DNA of 62,314 nt, filler included. It is 9 parts of 9 records of this genome, joined end to end, with 100 filler letters (N's around TTAATTAATTAA, not from the genome) between each part and the next. Parts side by side here need not be neighbours in the genome. Positions count along the whole stretch, not along the records: positions 50,676 to 56,807 come from SRR31147125_161757; positions 56,908 to 62,314 come from SRR31147125_161785; 7 more parts are not named here. The stretch is one strand, 5' to 3'. This document shows, piece by piece, positions 52,049-62,276 of the stretch; the stretch's first letter is position 1; every line of letters starts with the position of its first letter. The position numbers and the translations under genes are program-made. The notes below the pieces were generated by a model. The model was not told the origin of the DNA, did no database searches, and saw only the letters and a list, made by a program, of their open reading frames with translations.

Positions 52049-52858
52049 ATGGACAAGGAACTTGATTTTGTAAAAGAGATGTTTGACAGCATCGCGCCGA
52101 AATATGATTTTTTGAACCGCTTTTTAAGCCTGAGGCAGGATGTGATGTGGAGAAAAGAGATGGTCCGGGCCGCCTCTTTACCCCAGGAGCGCTTTCTGGT
52201 ATTGGATGTGGCGTGCGGCACTTGCGATGTTGCGCTTGAAGTGACGCGTCAGCGGGGAGAGCGGGGAAATGAGGGCACTGTCATTGCCACCGATTTCTCT
52301 CCGGGAATGCTGATGTTGGGGAAGCGTAAGGTAGAGGCGGTTGTCGAAATGTCGTCCGGTTCTTCATCTTCACAACTCTCGACTCATCTCCCACGCCGGC
52401 CCTCAAAGGGCGCTTCATTTGAATTAAAGAAGCCGGGGAATACGAATATCCACCTTACTGCAGGCAATGCGCTTTGCCTACCTTTTAAAAAAGGTCTTTT
52501 CGATGCCGTATTCATTGCGTTCGGCATTCGAAATATTATGGATCGACAAGGGGCGCTGGAAGTCTTCCACAGCATGCTCAAGCCTGGTGGGCGAGTGGTT
52601 GTGCTGGAATTGACCTCACCGCCGAAGGGAATCTTTCGAGATCTGTATATGCTCTATTTCCAGCGGATTTTACCGATGATCGGAGGGCTTTTTTCCAAAA
52701 ATGACGGCGCATATCACTACCTTCCGGCGTCGGTATTGAAATTTCCAACACCCAAAGCGTTTGCCCGATTGATGATGGATGCCGGATTTGAAAGCGTCAA
52801 ATGGAGAGGGATGACGTTGGGAATTGTGACCTTGTTTGTCGGCCAACGGGTGAGATAA
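52049..52858 (+). CDS. ubiE: ubiquinone/menaquinone biosynthesis C-methyltransferase (UbiE/MenG)
   Basis: MFDSIAPKYDFLN, LDVACGT.D, DFS.GML, FGIRN, LKPGG and AYHYLP.SV..FP. Confidence 0.92.
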   Translation: MDKELDFVKEMFDSIAPKYDFLNRFLSLRQDVMWRKEMVRAASLPQERFLVLDVACGTCDVALEVTRQRGERGNEGTVIATDFSPGMLMLGKRKVEAVVEMSSGSSSSQLSTHLPRRPSKGASFELKKPGNTNIHLTAGNALCLPFKKGLFDAVFIAFGIRNIMDRQGALEVFHSMLKPGGRVVVLELTSPPKGIFRDLYMLYFQRILPMIGGLFSKNDGAYHYLPASVLKFPTPKAFARLMMDAGFESVKWRGMTLGIVTLFVGQRVR

Positions 52859-53091
52859 AACCGTGAACTTGTTGGGCGATTGTTGAACCCCTTTAAAAAC
52901 CGCCGTTTTCTGTGACCGCCAAAGAGGTTCGGCAATAAAAAAACAAAAGCATGTGAGGCGCTGAATTTTCAAACCGGTTTTTATAGAACTCATCCGCCAT
53001 GAGTTCTCAGAATTGCTACCATAAATCGTATTTTCAAAGAAGTTGAAGGTACAATGTCTGGGGGAAGATATGAAAATTTACGACGCTTGAT

Positions 53092-53712
53092 TTATAAAAG
53101 AGAGTTGCGTTTCTCTTTTTTGGCACTCACTCCCAGAATAATTCCCACCATCAGTACACCGGCACCGCTTAAAAACCAGATCATATCCTCATTTTTCAAC
53201 TGACTCTCCAAGGTTTCGATACGTGCCTTCTGCTCTTCCATTTTTGTGGTGGCTTCAATGTATTGCTGTTCGATTTCAAGAAATTTAGACGATTTATCTT
53301 TGAGTGAGTTATATGAGGTCTCCAAATTGATCAGTTTCTCTCGGGTTCCGGAGAGGGCTTGATTTTCCGCTTTGACCTTGTCCAACACGGCAGTGAGACT
53401 CTGATTTTTCTTTCTCAGCTCATCCACAATCATGGCAAGGGGCCGATTTTTTGTGATGAACCGAGTCAGCACCCATCCTTCCTTACCGTTTGGCGCCTTT
53501 ACCCGACACCACTCTTTGGTATATTCCAGCATGGTCAGCAAATCTCCGGATGAGACCATGGCAATGACTTTATGACTGACACCGGGACCGGTGCGCATGG
53601 TGATTTTCATTAGTTCACTGACATAATATTTTTCCGCTGCAGCCGGAAAGGTAAAAGCAAGACATATAAACAATATAATAACGATTTTGGTAATGACTTT
53701 CACAGTATTCAC
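53092..53712 (-). CDS. SH3-domain protein with coiled coil and C-terminal TM (YgiM/TIGR04211-like)
   Basis: Signal peptide; YVSE..KITMRTGPG, EGWVLTRF and WFLSGAGVL..GIILG. Confidence 0.88.
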   Translation of the reverse strand: MNTVKVITKIVIILFICLAFTFPAAAEKYYVSELMKITMRTGPGVSHKVIAMVSSGDLLTMLEYTKEWCRVKAPNGKEGWVLTRFITKNRPLAMIVDELRKKNQSLTAVLDKVKAENQALSGTREKLINLETSYNSLKDKSSKFLEIEQQYIEATTKMEEQKARIETLESQLKNEDMIWFLSGAGVLMVGIILGVSAKKEKRNSLL

Positions 53713-53947
53713 CTACTACAATTTGATGTCTGATTGAAATAACCGCCATGACACACCACCCACCCGGCATACCAATGAAAAACTCTACCGATCCCGGTGA
53801 GTTTTGGAAGGGCATCGCCATGAAGTATGGCAGCGTGCCGAATTGAAACATTGAGTCGATTACTAACATTGCCATGGGAATTGATCAATATAAAATTATG
53901 GGGAAATCTCGGGTATTGCGTCGTTTATCCAGCACCCTTTTCTTCAC

Positions 53948-54802
53948 TCATTTTGAAAGCGTGGCGGCGATGTGGAACGCCAACACCGCTGCCGCACATC
54001 CCACGTTGATGGAGTTCTTTTTTCCGGCCATGGGAATGTGGACAAACTGATCGCAAACACTCAAAACATGACGAGAAATTCCATACTCTTCGTTGCCCAT
54101 CACAATGACGCCCCGCTTCGGCCACGGATATGTAAAGTGGGGCAAAGAGTCTTCCACCGTCTCCACACCGATGATGGGATAATGATGCGTGGTTTTCATT
54201 TGAATGAGCCGATCCGCCAGGTCGTCGGTATGGGTCGAGGGCACCCAGTCGCAAGTTCCCATTGACGTCTTCTTGACTGCGGGATGATCGTTGACGGGCG
54301 CATTTCCCAGGATGATGGATTTGAATCCGGCAGCATCACAGGTCCTGAAGATCGAACCGATGTTGAAAAGACTGCGAAGACCGTCGAGCGCCATATGATA
54401 ATCCGGCCTGTCGGACTTGGACGGATCGGAAACATCGCGGTCGCTGCAGCTGAACGGTAAGTCGGAAGCGTCTTTTTCCAAGACTCTGATATCCGGCAAT
54501 AGATCATGATCCTTGGGAATCGATCCTGCCTTCGAACGATGGCTCTGGATGGCATTTGAGACAAACTCCAACAGCGCCCGATGATCGTTTCCTTCACTGG
54601 GCGGGTAATGAAACGGGTGGGAAATCCATCCGCTAATCTCATTGTATCTCACTAATCGATGATGAAGCGCATCTAAAGAGATTCTGTTGGTAACAAGCTC
54701 CTGGTAGAGTTGGGAGAGCCATTTGATGATCCACCGGTGTTGGGTGATTGATGAGAGCGATGTAAACTTTTTGGGAGTAAAAGGAAACTCATTGGATGGC
54801 AT
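53948..54802 (-). CDS. TrmH/SpoU family RNA methyltransferase with N-terminal extension
   Basis: LRSLFNIGSIFRTCD, GNEEYGI and IPM.GKKNSINV. Confidence 0.9.
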   Translation of the reverse strand: MPSNEFPFTPKKFTSLSSITQHRWIIKWLSQLYQELVTNRISLDALHHRLVRYNEISGWISHPFHYPPSEGNDHRALLEFVSNAIQSHRSKAGSIPKDHDLLPDIRVLEKDASDLPFSCSDRDVSDPSKSDRPDYHMALDGLRSLFNIGSIFRTCDAAGFKSIILGNAPVNDHPAVKKTSMGTCDWVPSTHTDDLADRLIQMKTTHHYPIIGVETVEDSLPHFTYPWPKRGVIVMGNEEYGISRHVLSVCDQFVHIPMAGKKNSINVGCAAAVLAFHIAATLSK

Positions 54803-55175
54803 GGGAAGGTCTTCCTGGGATATGTTGTAAGTTTTTTTAACAATAAGTGTTGTGTTTGGTTTACACTTTTTCAAAGAAAAAAACTTGAAAAAGCAATGAA
54901 TAAAAATTAGAGTGAATTCAGCTAACAGAGTTTAGGCGTTCTCGACGGAAACCTTTGACTTTTAGTGATCTCATCTACGCATCATACCCCTAACGCATTC
55001 TTATCGGGATTTCCAGCCTTTAGATCTTTCTCACCTTACCGTCTCATGGGGGGGACGAAATCCGGACGGCAAATAAAAGACGCATGGGATATAATTTTTT
55101 CTCATCCGGTATAGTAAATGCTTTATTTTTGGGTTAACCCGTCAACCCTCACCTCTTAGGGGAGTATTCCGAATC

Positions 55176-56786
55176 ATGGAAAAAACGATTGCCTTGAACC
55201 AGCGTCTTTCCGAGTTGAAAAATCGATTGGATCAGATTGATTCCGCATGGACTGTTGCCGATCATGAAAAGAGCTTGGAGTTCTTTGTAAAATATATTCC
55301 GGCGCTTATTTCTGCCGAGCGATGCAGCATCTTTGTATCGGAAGCGGGGTCGGATAAAATCTGGCTCAAGTACGGCAGTGGACTGGGACAGGAAAAGATC
55401 GAAGCGCCCCGTGAAGGCAGCATTGTCGGAGAGTCGGTATCCAAAGGCATCGTGGTGGTGGAGAATCAGTTGGTCCACAAGAACGGGTTTCATACCGTAT
55501 CTGATGTTCAAACACAATTTTTAACACGGAATATTCTCTGTGTTCCCATCAATAGTCTGGTGACCAAAGAGCGCATCGGGGCCATTGAGGTGCTGAATAA
55601 AAAGGAGAATAAGGACTTTGATGACAACGATGTGGCGCTTCTTTTGACCATAGAGAAGTCTCTTGCCCTTGCGTTGGAGAGCTCCCTGATCAACACCCGT
55701 CTGAAAGGAATCTCCAATGAATTGTCCAACAGTATCGACTACATGACGCATGAGAAGATCGGAGATGTCTCATTTGTCGCCAACAGCCATGCCATGCGCC
55801 AACTGCTGGATACGGTTTCCCGGATCAGTCAAGTGCCGGTCAATGTGTTGATTACAGGGGAGAGCGGCACCGGTAAAGAGGTGATCTCCCGCCTGCTTCA
55901 CAACAGCAGCGAGCGATACGATGGGCGATTTGTTGCGGTGAACTGTTCCGCCATTCCGGAAAATCTAATGGAAAGCGAATTTTTCGGCCATAGCAAAGGA
56001 GCTTTTACCGGTGCCATCTCCAATCGGTCCGGGCGATTTGAAGAGGCCCATGGGGGGTCTCTCTTTTTAGATGAGATCGGTGAAATGCCGTCAATTATTC
56101 AGCCCAAATTTTTGCGGGTGCTTCAGGAGAATGAAGGGTCCCGCATCGGCAGCAACACCGTCGATAAATACGATTTCAGGCTGATCAGCGCTACCTGCCG
56201 AGATCTCAAAGAGCTGGTGGAAGAGGGCTCATTTCGGGAGGATCTCTATTTCCGATTGTTTTCTGTGGAGCTTCACATTCCTCCGCTAAGGGAGCGGGTG
56301 GAAGATATTATTCCCATGTCGCTGATGTTTGCATCCCGGATATCCCGACGCTTCAAGCGGAAGATGGCCGGGTTTGACAACGAAACCCTAAAGCTGTTTG
56401 AGAAATTTCCCTGGCCCGGTAATGTTCGTCAATTGATCCACGAGATCGAACGACTCATCGCCCTGACCCCTGAAGGAGAGTCGTTGTCATTGGAAAACTG
56501 TTCTCCACAGATACAGAGCTTTGGTGAAGGGAAAACGGTCCTGAACAATACCGGACCTGAGTCTTTGGAAGCTGGTTCGTCAGCCTCATCGACTTCATTC
56601 GCTTCACCGGCATCACCGACAGCCTCAATTGATATCTCCATCGGACTGAAAGCCTATCTGGAATCTTCGGAAAAACAATTTATCCAAAAAGTCCTTGAAA
56701 ACTGCGGAAACAACAAAACCAAAACCGCGGAGTTGCTTGGGATTTCCAGGCAGGCTCTCTATAAAAAAATGAACCAGTTCACTTAG
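55176..56786 (+). CDS. GAF-domain sigma-54-dependent transcriptional activator
   Basis: GAF (AERCSIF..IGAIEVLNK), GESGTGKE, GAFTGA, FLDEIGEM, WPGNVRQL and Fis HTH. Confidence 0.94.
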   Translation: MEKTIALNQRLSELKNRLDQIDSAWTVADHEKSLEFFVKYIPALISAERCSIFVSEAGSDKIWLKYGSGLGQEKIEAPREGSIVGESVSKGIVVVENQLVHKNGFHTVSDVQTQFLTRNILCVPINSLVTKERIGAIEVLNKKENKDFDDNDVALLLTIEKSLALALESSLINTRLKGISNELSNSIDYMTHEKIGDVSFVANSHAMRQLLDTVSRISQVPVNVLITGESGTGKEVISRLLHNSSERYDGRFVAVNCSAIPENLMESEFFGHSKGAFTGAISNRSGRFEEAHGGSLFLDEIGEMPSIIQPKFLRVLQENEGSRIGSNTVDKYDFRLISATCRDLKELVEEGSFREDLYFRLFSVELHIPPLRERVEDIIPMSLMFASRISRRFKRKMAGFDNETLKLFEKFPWPGNVRQLIHEIERLIALTPEGESLSLENCSPQIQSFGEGKTVLNNTGPESLEAGSSASSTSFASPASPTASIDISIGLKAYLESSEKQFIQKVLENCGNNKTKTAELLGISRQALYKKMNQFT

Positions 56787-56807
56787 GAATGAGTCCGAAA
56801 TAACTTA

Positions 56808-56907
56808 NNNNNNNNNNNNNNNNNNNNNNNNNNNNNNNNNNNNNNNNNNNNTTAATTAATTAANNNNNNNNNNNNNNNNNNNNNNNNNNNNNNNNNNNNN
56901 NNNNNNN
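56808..56907. other. artificial contig spacer
   Basis: N44-TTAATTAATTAA-N44. Confidence 0.99.
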
Positions 56908-57478
56908 GATTCACTCCCTGATCGGTAACCTGAAGCCCGGCGACATTCCGGCACCGGTTCGGATCAAGGCTATCGACATCCTGATCGACAAGTACTTTGT
57001 AGCAGAGAACGTATACTCCGCCGGTTATCCGCTGGATATGCGCTATGCCGGTCCTCGCGAAGGCCTGCTGCACGCTACCTTCCGCCAGAACTACGGCGTC
57101 AACAACATGCTGATCGGTCGTGACCATGCCGGTGTTGGAGACTTCTACGGCCTGTTCGAGGCTCAGGACATCTTCGATCGCATCCCCGAGACCGGTGATC
57201 CGGCAAAAGATCTGCTCTGCAAGCCGATGAAGATTGACTGGACCTTCTACTGCCACGAGTGTGACGGTATGGCTTCCCTGCGCACCTGCCCGCATGACAA
57301 AGAGTCCCGCGTGATTCTGTCCGGCACCAAGCTGCGCAAGGCACTGTCCGACGGCGCCGAGATCGTTGACCATTTCGGTCGCGACGAAGTTCTCGATCAC
57401 CTCCGTGAGTACTACGAAGGCCTGACCGAGAAGGTAGAGGTCAAGATGCAGGGTGCCGCTTCCGGCGACTCCATGTAA
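56908..57478 (+). CDS. sat: sulfate adenylyltransferase, 5'-partial
   Basis: [44 protein letters not shown] and LSGTKLRK. Confidence 0.96.
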
Positions 57479-57508
57479 TCTGACTCACCTGAGTAGTATT
57501 GTAGTTTG

Positions 57509-57552
57509 AGGGAGAGCGGGCATATGCCTGCTCTCCTTTTTTTGGTTTTTTA
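57509..57552 (+). terminator. rho-independent terminator after sat
   Basis: GGAGAGCGGGC-ATAT-GCCTGCTCTCC followed by T7. Confidence 0.85.
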
Positions 57553-57627
57553 TGTGAAATTTCTCCTGTAGTGCTTATAACAGAGAACAATTTTAAACAA
57601 TTAACTGTTAAGGCACTGGTACATCAT

Positions 57628-58716
57628 ATGAGCATTCTTCACGTAGGCCTCGGCGAACGAAGTTATCCAATCACCATCGAATCGGGATGCCTCGAATTGG
57701 TGGCTTCTGATCTCGCTGCACAGTTTCCCGCCAGCAGGTACGGCATCATTTCAGACGACAATGTGGCCGGCCACTACGGTGAAAAGCTGCGCGCATCACT
57801 TCGCCAGGCCGGTCTGGAATGCGATCTCTTTGTGTTCGAGCATGGAGAAGCCAATAAACACCTCGGCACCATCGGAACGCTGATCAGCCAGGCCGCGCAG
57901 AACGGGTATGACCGGAAATCGATGTTCATCGCGCTGGGTGGCGGGGTAAGCGGTGATATTGCCGGTTTTGTCGCGGCCACCTATATGCGCGGCGTTCCCT
58001 TCATCCAGATCCCGACCTCGTTGCTTGCGCAGGTTGACAGTTCTGTGGGTGGCAAGACCGGCGTCGATATTCCGGAGGGCAAGAACCTCGTCGGTGCCTT
58101 CTATCAGCCGAAGGCGGTTTATATCGACCCGGATGTACTGAAGACGCTGCCGGAGAAAGAGTACATCAACGGCATGGCCGAGGTGATTAAACACGGGATT
58201 ATCCGCGATCCGGACTATTTCACCATGCTTGGCGAACGCTACGACGACATCATGGCGCTCGCCCCCGACGCGGTAAGAGACGTCGTTCTCGGCAGCTGCC
58301 GCATCAAGGCCGACGTGGTGGCCGCTGACGAGCAGGAGTCCGATATCAGAAGGATTCTCAATTTCGGCCACACTATAGGCCACGCGGTCGAAGCCGCCTC
58401 TGATTTTGCAATCGCGCACGGCTTCGCCGTCTCGATCGGGATGGTGGCGATTACCCGGATCGCGCTGAATAAAGGGCTGGTCGAATCCGAACTGCTCGAC
58501 GAGGTGTGTGCGATGCTTACCCGCTATGGCCTGCCCCTGGATGTCCCTGCCGGTCTTGACCGGGCGCAGATCAAGTCGTATCTGCTGACCGACAAGAAGC
58601 GGATTGGCAGCCGGACGTCGTATATTCTGCCACGGACCATCGGGGAGGTTTTTATAACCGACGAGGTCAGCGAGGAGGAAATTGATGTTGTGCTCTCGGC
58701 CGGGGCCGGGGACTGA
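57628..58716 (+). CDS. aroB: 3-dehydroquinate synthase
   Basis: ALGGGV.GD.AGF.AATYMRG, PTSLLAQVDSSVGGKTG and LNFGHTIGHAVE. Confidence 0.97.
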   Translation: MSILHVGLGERSYPITIESGCLELVASDLAAQFPASRYGIISDDNVAGHYGEKLRASLRQAGLECDLFVFEHGEANKHLGTIGTLISQAAQNGYDRKSMFIALGGGVSGDIAGFVAATYMRGVPFIQIPTSLLAQVDSSVGGKTGVDIPEGKNLVGAFYQPKAVYIDPDVLKTLPEKEYINGMAEVIKHGIIRDPDYFTMLGERYDDIMALAPDAVRDVVLGSCRIKADVVAADEQESDIRRILNFGHTIGHAVEAASDFAIAHGFAVSIGMVAITRIALNKGLVESELLDEVCAMLTRYGLPLDVPAGLDRAQIKSYLLTDKKRIGSRTSYILPRTIGEVFITDEVSEEEIDVVLSAGAGD

Positions 58717-58797
58717 TTTTATTTTTCCTTACCGTAAATCCGGGGACGGAATGATTTTCGATTGAATATGAAAAAAGCAAACCACTAGAGAACCGCA

Positions 58798-59313
58798 ATG
58801 CCGATCTACGAGTTTTACTGCAGCGATTGCAATACCATCTATAATTTCTATTCAAAACGGATCGATACCGAAACTCGACCCGACTGCCCGAAGTGCGATA
58901 AAAAGGAGCTCGAGCGGCAGGTGTCGATGTTTGCCACCATCGGTAACGCCAGCGAAGAGGAGGACCAGCTTGCAGGTATCGATGAATCGAAAATGGAGCA
59001 GGCGCTTGACTCGCTGATGCGCGAATCGGAGCACATCAACGAAGACGATCCGAAGCAGATGGCCACCCTGATGCGCAAGTTTTCCGAACGCACCGGCGTG
59101 AACCTCGGCGACAGCATGGAGGAGGCGATCAGCCGGATGGAGAAGGGTGAGGATCCGGAGCAGATCGAAAAGGAGATGGGCGACCTGATGGACGGGGACG
59201 ACTTTTCGTTCGAGGCAATGAAGAAAAAGGCGCTGTCAAAGGCTGCCCCGCCGACCCACGATGAGACCCTCTACGATCTCCACCCGGAGAAAGGAGGAGT
59301 ACCCGCCGATTAG
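58798..59313 (+). CDS. FmdB-family zinc-ribbon protein with acidic helical tail
   Basis: MPIYEFYC.DC....CPKC..LERQVS.F. Confidence 0.85.
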   Translation: MPIYEFYCSDCNTIYNFYSKRIDTETRPDCPKCDKKELERQVSMFATIGNASEEEDQLAGIDESKMEQALDSLMRESEHINEDDPKQMATLMRKFSERTGVNLGDSMEEAISRMEKGEDPEQIEKEMGDLMDGDDFSFEAMKKKALSKAAPPTHDETLYDLHPEKGGVPAD

Positions 59314-59346
59314 TTTTCACCGATTACAACAGGGACTGGAGTCGGA

Positions 59347-59694
59347 TCAATGCACCGTCTGTGATCCGCCGTCGTAGACGAAGTGGGTCGATTTGTTCTT
59401 TTTCTGTTTGTCACGCAGTATCTTTTCCACCTCATCCTCGCTCATCTGGAGCGATTCGGCCAGGCGCGCCATGTCGTAAATCGGCTGGCCGTCCTCGGTG
59501 TAGTCCGTCGGGGTGAGCTCAGGATAGGCATGTTGCGTCGCATGGCCCGAGGCCTGCAGCAGGATCGATACGACTTCCGGCGGTCCGTGCAGCAGCAGCC
59601 ATTCGACCGCCTCAGCCCAGAGTTCGGAGTCTACGGTTTTATTTTGAACGACGTTGAGCGCCGTTTCGAGGTCCCAGTGATCTTTGAAGTCCAT
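59347..59694 (-). CDS. hypothetical protein
   Basis: 115-aa ORF with protein-like composition, convergent with the zinc-ribbon gene. Confidence 0.65.
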   Translation of the reverse strand: MDFKDHWDLETALNVVQNKTVDSELWAEAVEWLLLHGPPEVVSILLQASGHATQHAYPELTPTDYTEDGQPIYDMARLAESLQMSEDEVEKILRDKQKKNKSTHFVYDGGSQTVH

Positions 59695-59829
59695 TGTTGT
59701 TGTCTCTGTCTGTTACTTTTTGATAAAATCCTGCTACACTATAATGAACAATTGCCCGATGGCAATCGTTGATGCGTTATCGGTGAATCAAATACCATTT
59801 TCCAGCAACAATAGTGTGGGGAGCATGAT

Positions 59830-60966
59830 ATGAACAGGTTTGACGGCGGAATTTTTCTTGAAAATATCGAATGGTTTGATGAAACGGGGCAGGAACTGGT
59901 GCACCGGCTGCCGGAGTCAGGGTCCGGAGAGATCAAGTGGGGTGCCCAGCTCACCGTGCGGGAGAGCCAGGCGGCGGTCCTGTTCTACCAGGGCAAGGCG
60001 AGGGACGCGTTCGGTCCCGGCAGACATACGCTGAAAACGGCGAACCTGCCGATCCTCACGAAGATCCTGTCGATACCGTGGCGTATGGACAGCCCGCTGC
60101 GGGCCGAGGTCTACATGGTCAACCTCAAGTACTTCACCAACCTCAAGTGGGGAACGAGGAACCCGGTCGCGTTCAGGGACAAGGAACTGGGGCTGATCCG
60201 CATCCGCGCGCACGGCATCTTCAATATCCAGGTGGTGCAGCCGGTGCTGTTTATCAACTCGCTGGTTGGCACGATGGGCAAGATCGGTACCGACGAGATA
60301 TCGAGCTACCTGAAGCGCGTGATCGTGTCACGCCTCAACGACTTTCTCGGTGAACGGCTGGACACGATTATCGATCTGCCCGGCAAGTTCGACGAATTCT
60401 CCCTGGAGATGCAGCAGCGGCTGACGCTCGACTTCGCCCATTTCGGACTGCGATTGAGCCATCTCTACATCACGTCGATCACGCCGCCGGAAGAGGTGCA
60501 GAAGGCCATCGATGACCGTTCGCGGATGAACGTGATCACCGATATGGAAAAGTTCGTGCGCATGAAGGCTGCAATGGCGATGGAGAAAGCGGCCGAAAAT
60601 CAGGGCGAGGCAGGTGCCGGCCTGGGCATGGGGATCGGCATGATGATGCCGGCGATGTTCAACCCGGTCGCTGCCGCAGGCCAGGGACAGGGACAGGCCC
60701 AGGCTCAGGCCGCCGCGATGATCCCCTGTCCCGATTGCGGCAACGAGATCGACCGCGATTCGCGTTTCTGTCCGAAATGCGGTCACCAGCTCGTGGTGTT
60801 GAGCCAGTGCCACGAGTGCGGAAAGAACCTCTCCCCCAACGCCAAATTCTGCTCGCGCTGCGGTTCCGCGACGGAAACGCAGGTGACGGAGGTCTTCTGC
60901 AGCGAGTGCGGTGCGGAGAATATCGCCGGCGCGACGTTCTGCAACCAGTGCGGCACCAAACTCTAG
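59830..60966 (+). CDS. SPFH/band-7-like (YdjI-like) protein with C-terminal zinc ribbons
   Basis: GAQLTVRESQAAV, FGPGRHTL.T.N.P, KWGT..PV, ITPPEEVQKAID, and six CxxC motifs (three ribbons). Confidence 0.88.
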   Translation: MNRFDGGIFLENIEWFDETGQELVHRLPESGSGEIKWGAQLTVRESQAAVLFYQGKARDAFGPGRHTLKTANLPILTKILSIPWRMDSPLRAEVYMVNLKYFTNLKWGTRNPVAFRDKELGLIRIRAHGIFNIQVVQPVLFINSLVGTMGKIGTDEISSYLKRVIVSRLNDFLGERLDTIIDLPGKFDEFSLEMQQRLTLDFAHFGLRLSHLYITSITPPEEVQKAIDDRSRMNVITDMEKFVRMKAAMAMEKAAENQGEAGAGLGMGIGMMMPAMFNPVAAAGQGQGQAQAQAAAMIPCPDCGNEIDRDSRFCPKCGHQLVVLSQCHECGKNLSPNAKFCSRCGSATETQVTEVFCSECGAENIAGATFCNQCGTKL

Positions 60967-61023
60967 CCGTCGTGCCTGATCGTGCATGAACCGCTGTGTG
61001 AAATGAAAGGGAGGGCGCGGTAG

Positions 61024-62276
61024 ATGGACCTCAGGATAAGCCACTCCTGCCCGTCCTGCGGAGGTCCGGTGGAGATGCTGGAGGCCGACCGGCTGACCCG
61101 CTGCCCGTACTGCGATGTGCACAACTACATGGTCGCGGACCGGATGTTGCGGTTTGTGCTGCCGGATACAATTCCGGAACATATCAACAGCACTTCCATT
61201 ATCTATTTTCCCTATCTCCGTTTCAAGGGGAATATCTATACCTGCACACACCGTAAAGTCGGGTCCAGAGTGCTCGACACGACGCACCAGGGGATCGAGG
61301 CAAAGATGCTCCCGCCCTCTCTCGGGCTGAGGCCGCAGGCGATGACGGTGGCGATGGTCAACGAGCGGTTGGGAGGACGCTTCGTCAAGCGCAGAGCAAC
61401 GCCAGCCGAGGTGCTGAAGCGGGCCGAGCGTCTGGCCGACAGTGTCATTGACGGGGTCGGGGATGAAATCTTTCACCGCGCCTTTATCGGCGAATCGGTG
61501 AGCTGCCTCTACCTCCCGCTCTATGTCGAGGATGGGGTGATCCATGATGGGGTGCTGAACCGCAGGGTCGGCAGCGTTGAGCAGGTCGGAGAATGGCTTG
61601 GGAAAGAGGAAAATCTGACATTGTACAACCGCAGCTGGCAACCAGGCTTTCTCGCAATGATCTGCCCTCGCTGCGGCGACGCGATGCAGGGGGAGCCGGA
61701 CAGCCTGGTCGTGCACTGCTTCAACTGCGACAGCAGCTGGGTAGAGAGCGGGGGCGGTTCAGGTGGATCGAATACGAGGTGGTGCCCGGACGGGGGCGCT
61801 CGGTTTTTCTACCGTTCTGGCGCATCCGGGTGGAATCGGACGGGATCGACATGAAGACCATGGCCGACCTGCTCGATGTCTCGAATCAGCCGGTCGTGGT
61901 CAGGGAAGTGCACCGCAGTCAACCGCTCGAGTTCTGGGTGCCGGCGGTGAAGATCAGGCCGAGGATATTCATCACTTTCGCGAAAAGCGCCACCTTGTCC
62001 CAGCTGAAAATCCCTGCTGGAGAACCTGTGCTGGAGAGAGGTCTACAGCCGGTAACGCTGCCGCGCCGAGAGGCGGTGCAGGCGATCACGTCGGTGTTCG
62101 CCGAGCTGACAGTGAACAAGAGGGATGTGCTGCCGCTGCTGCCATCCGTGAAATTCACGGTGGTGGACTCCAGCCTCGTGTTCCTCCCCTTCACCGACAC
62201 CGGTCACGACTATGTGCAGCCTCACACGGGGCTTTCGGTAGCGTCTTCGGTTATTCGGTTCGGGAGGAAGCTGTAG
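61024..62276 (+). CDS. zinc-ribbon-containing hypothetical protein (YdjG-like), with a homopolymer frameshift
   Basis: CPSCGG..CPYC, YLPLY, CPRCG..CFNC and FLPFW. +1 G at 61750-61754 joins ORFs 61024-61854 and 61593-62276. Confidence 0.75.

Noticed and set aside
52879-52936. 16-bp imperfect inverted repeat after ubiE as an IS end
   Set aside because: No transposase or target duplication is visible; it is compatible with an ordinary hairpin between convergent genes.
8518-56907. Recurring TTAATTAATTAA motif as a biological repeat or CRISPR-like array
   Set aside because: It is always centred in 100-nt N blocks and is an artificial six-frame stop linker.
60328-61716. Long antisense ORFs (462 aa here; also 32811-33974, 24546-25577, 19875-20813)
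   Set aside because: These are shadow ORFs opposite well-supported genes in GC-rich DNA, with no motifs of their own.
6918-62276. Frameshifted genes as pseudogenes, phase variation or programmed frameshifts
   Set aside because: All but rsmA fall in short homopolymers, across unrelated organisms and in otherwise intact, often essential genes; sequencing error is the simpler explanation.
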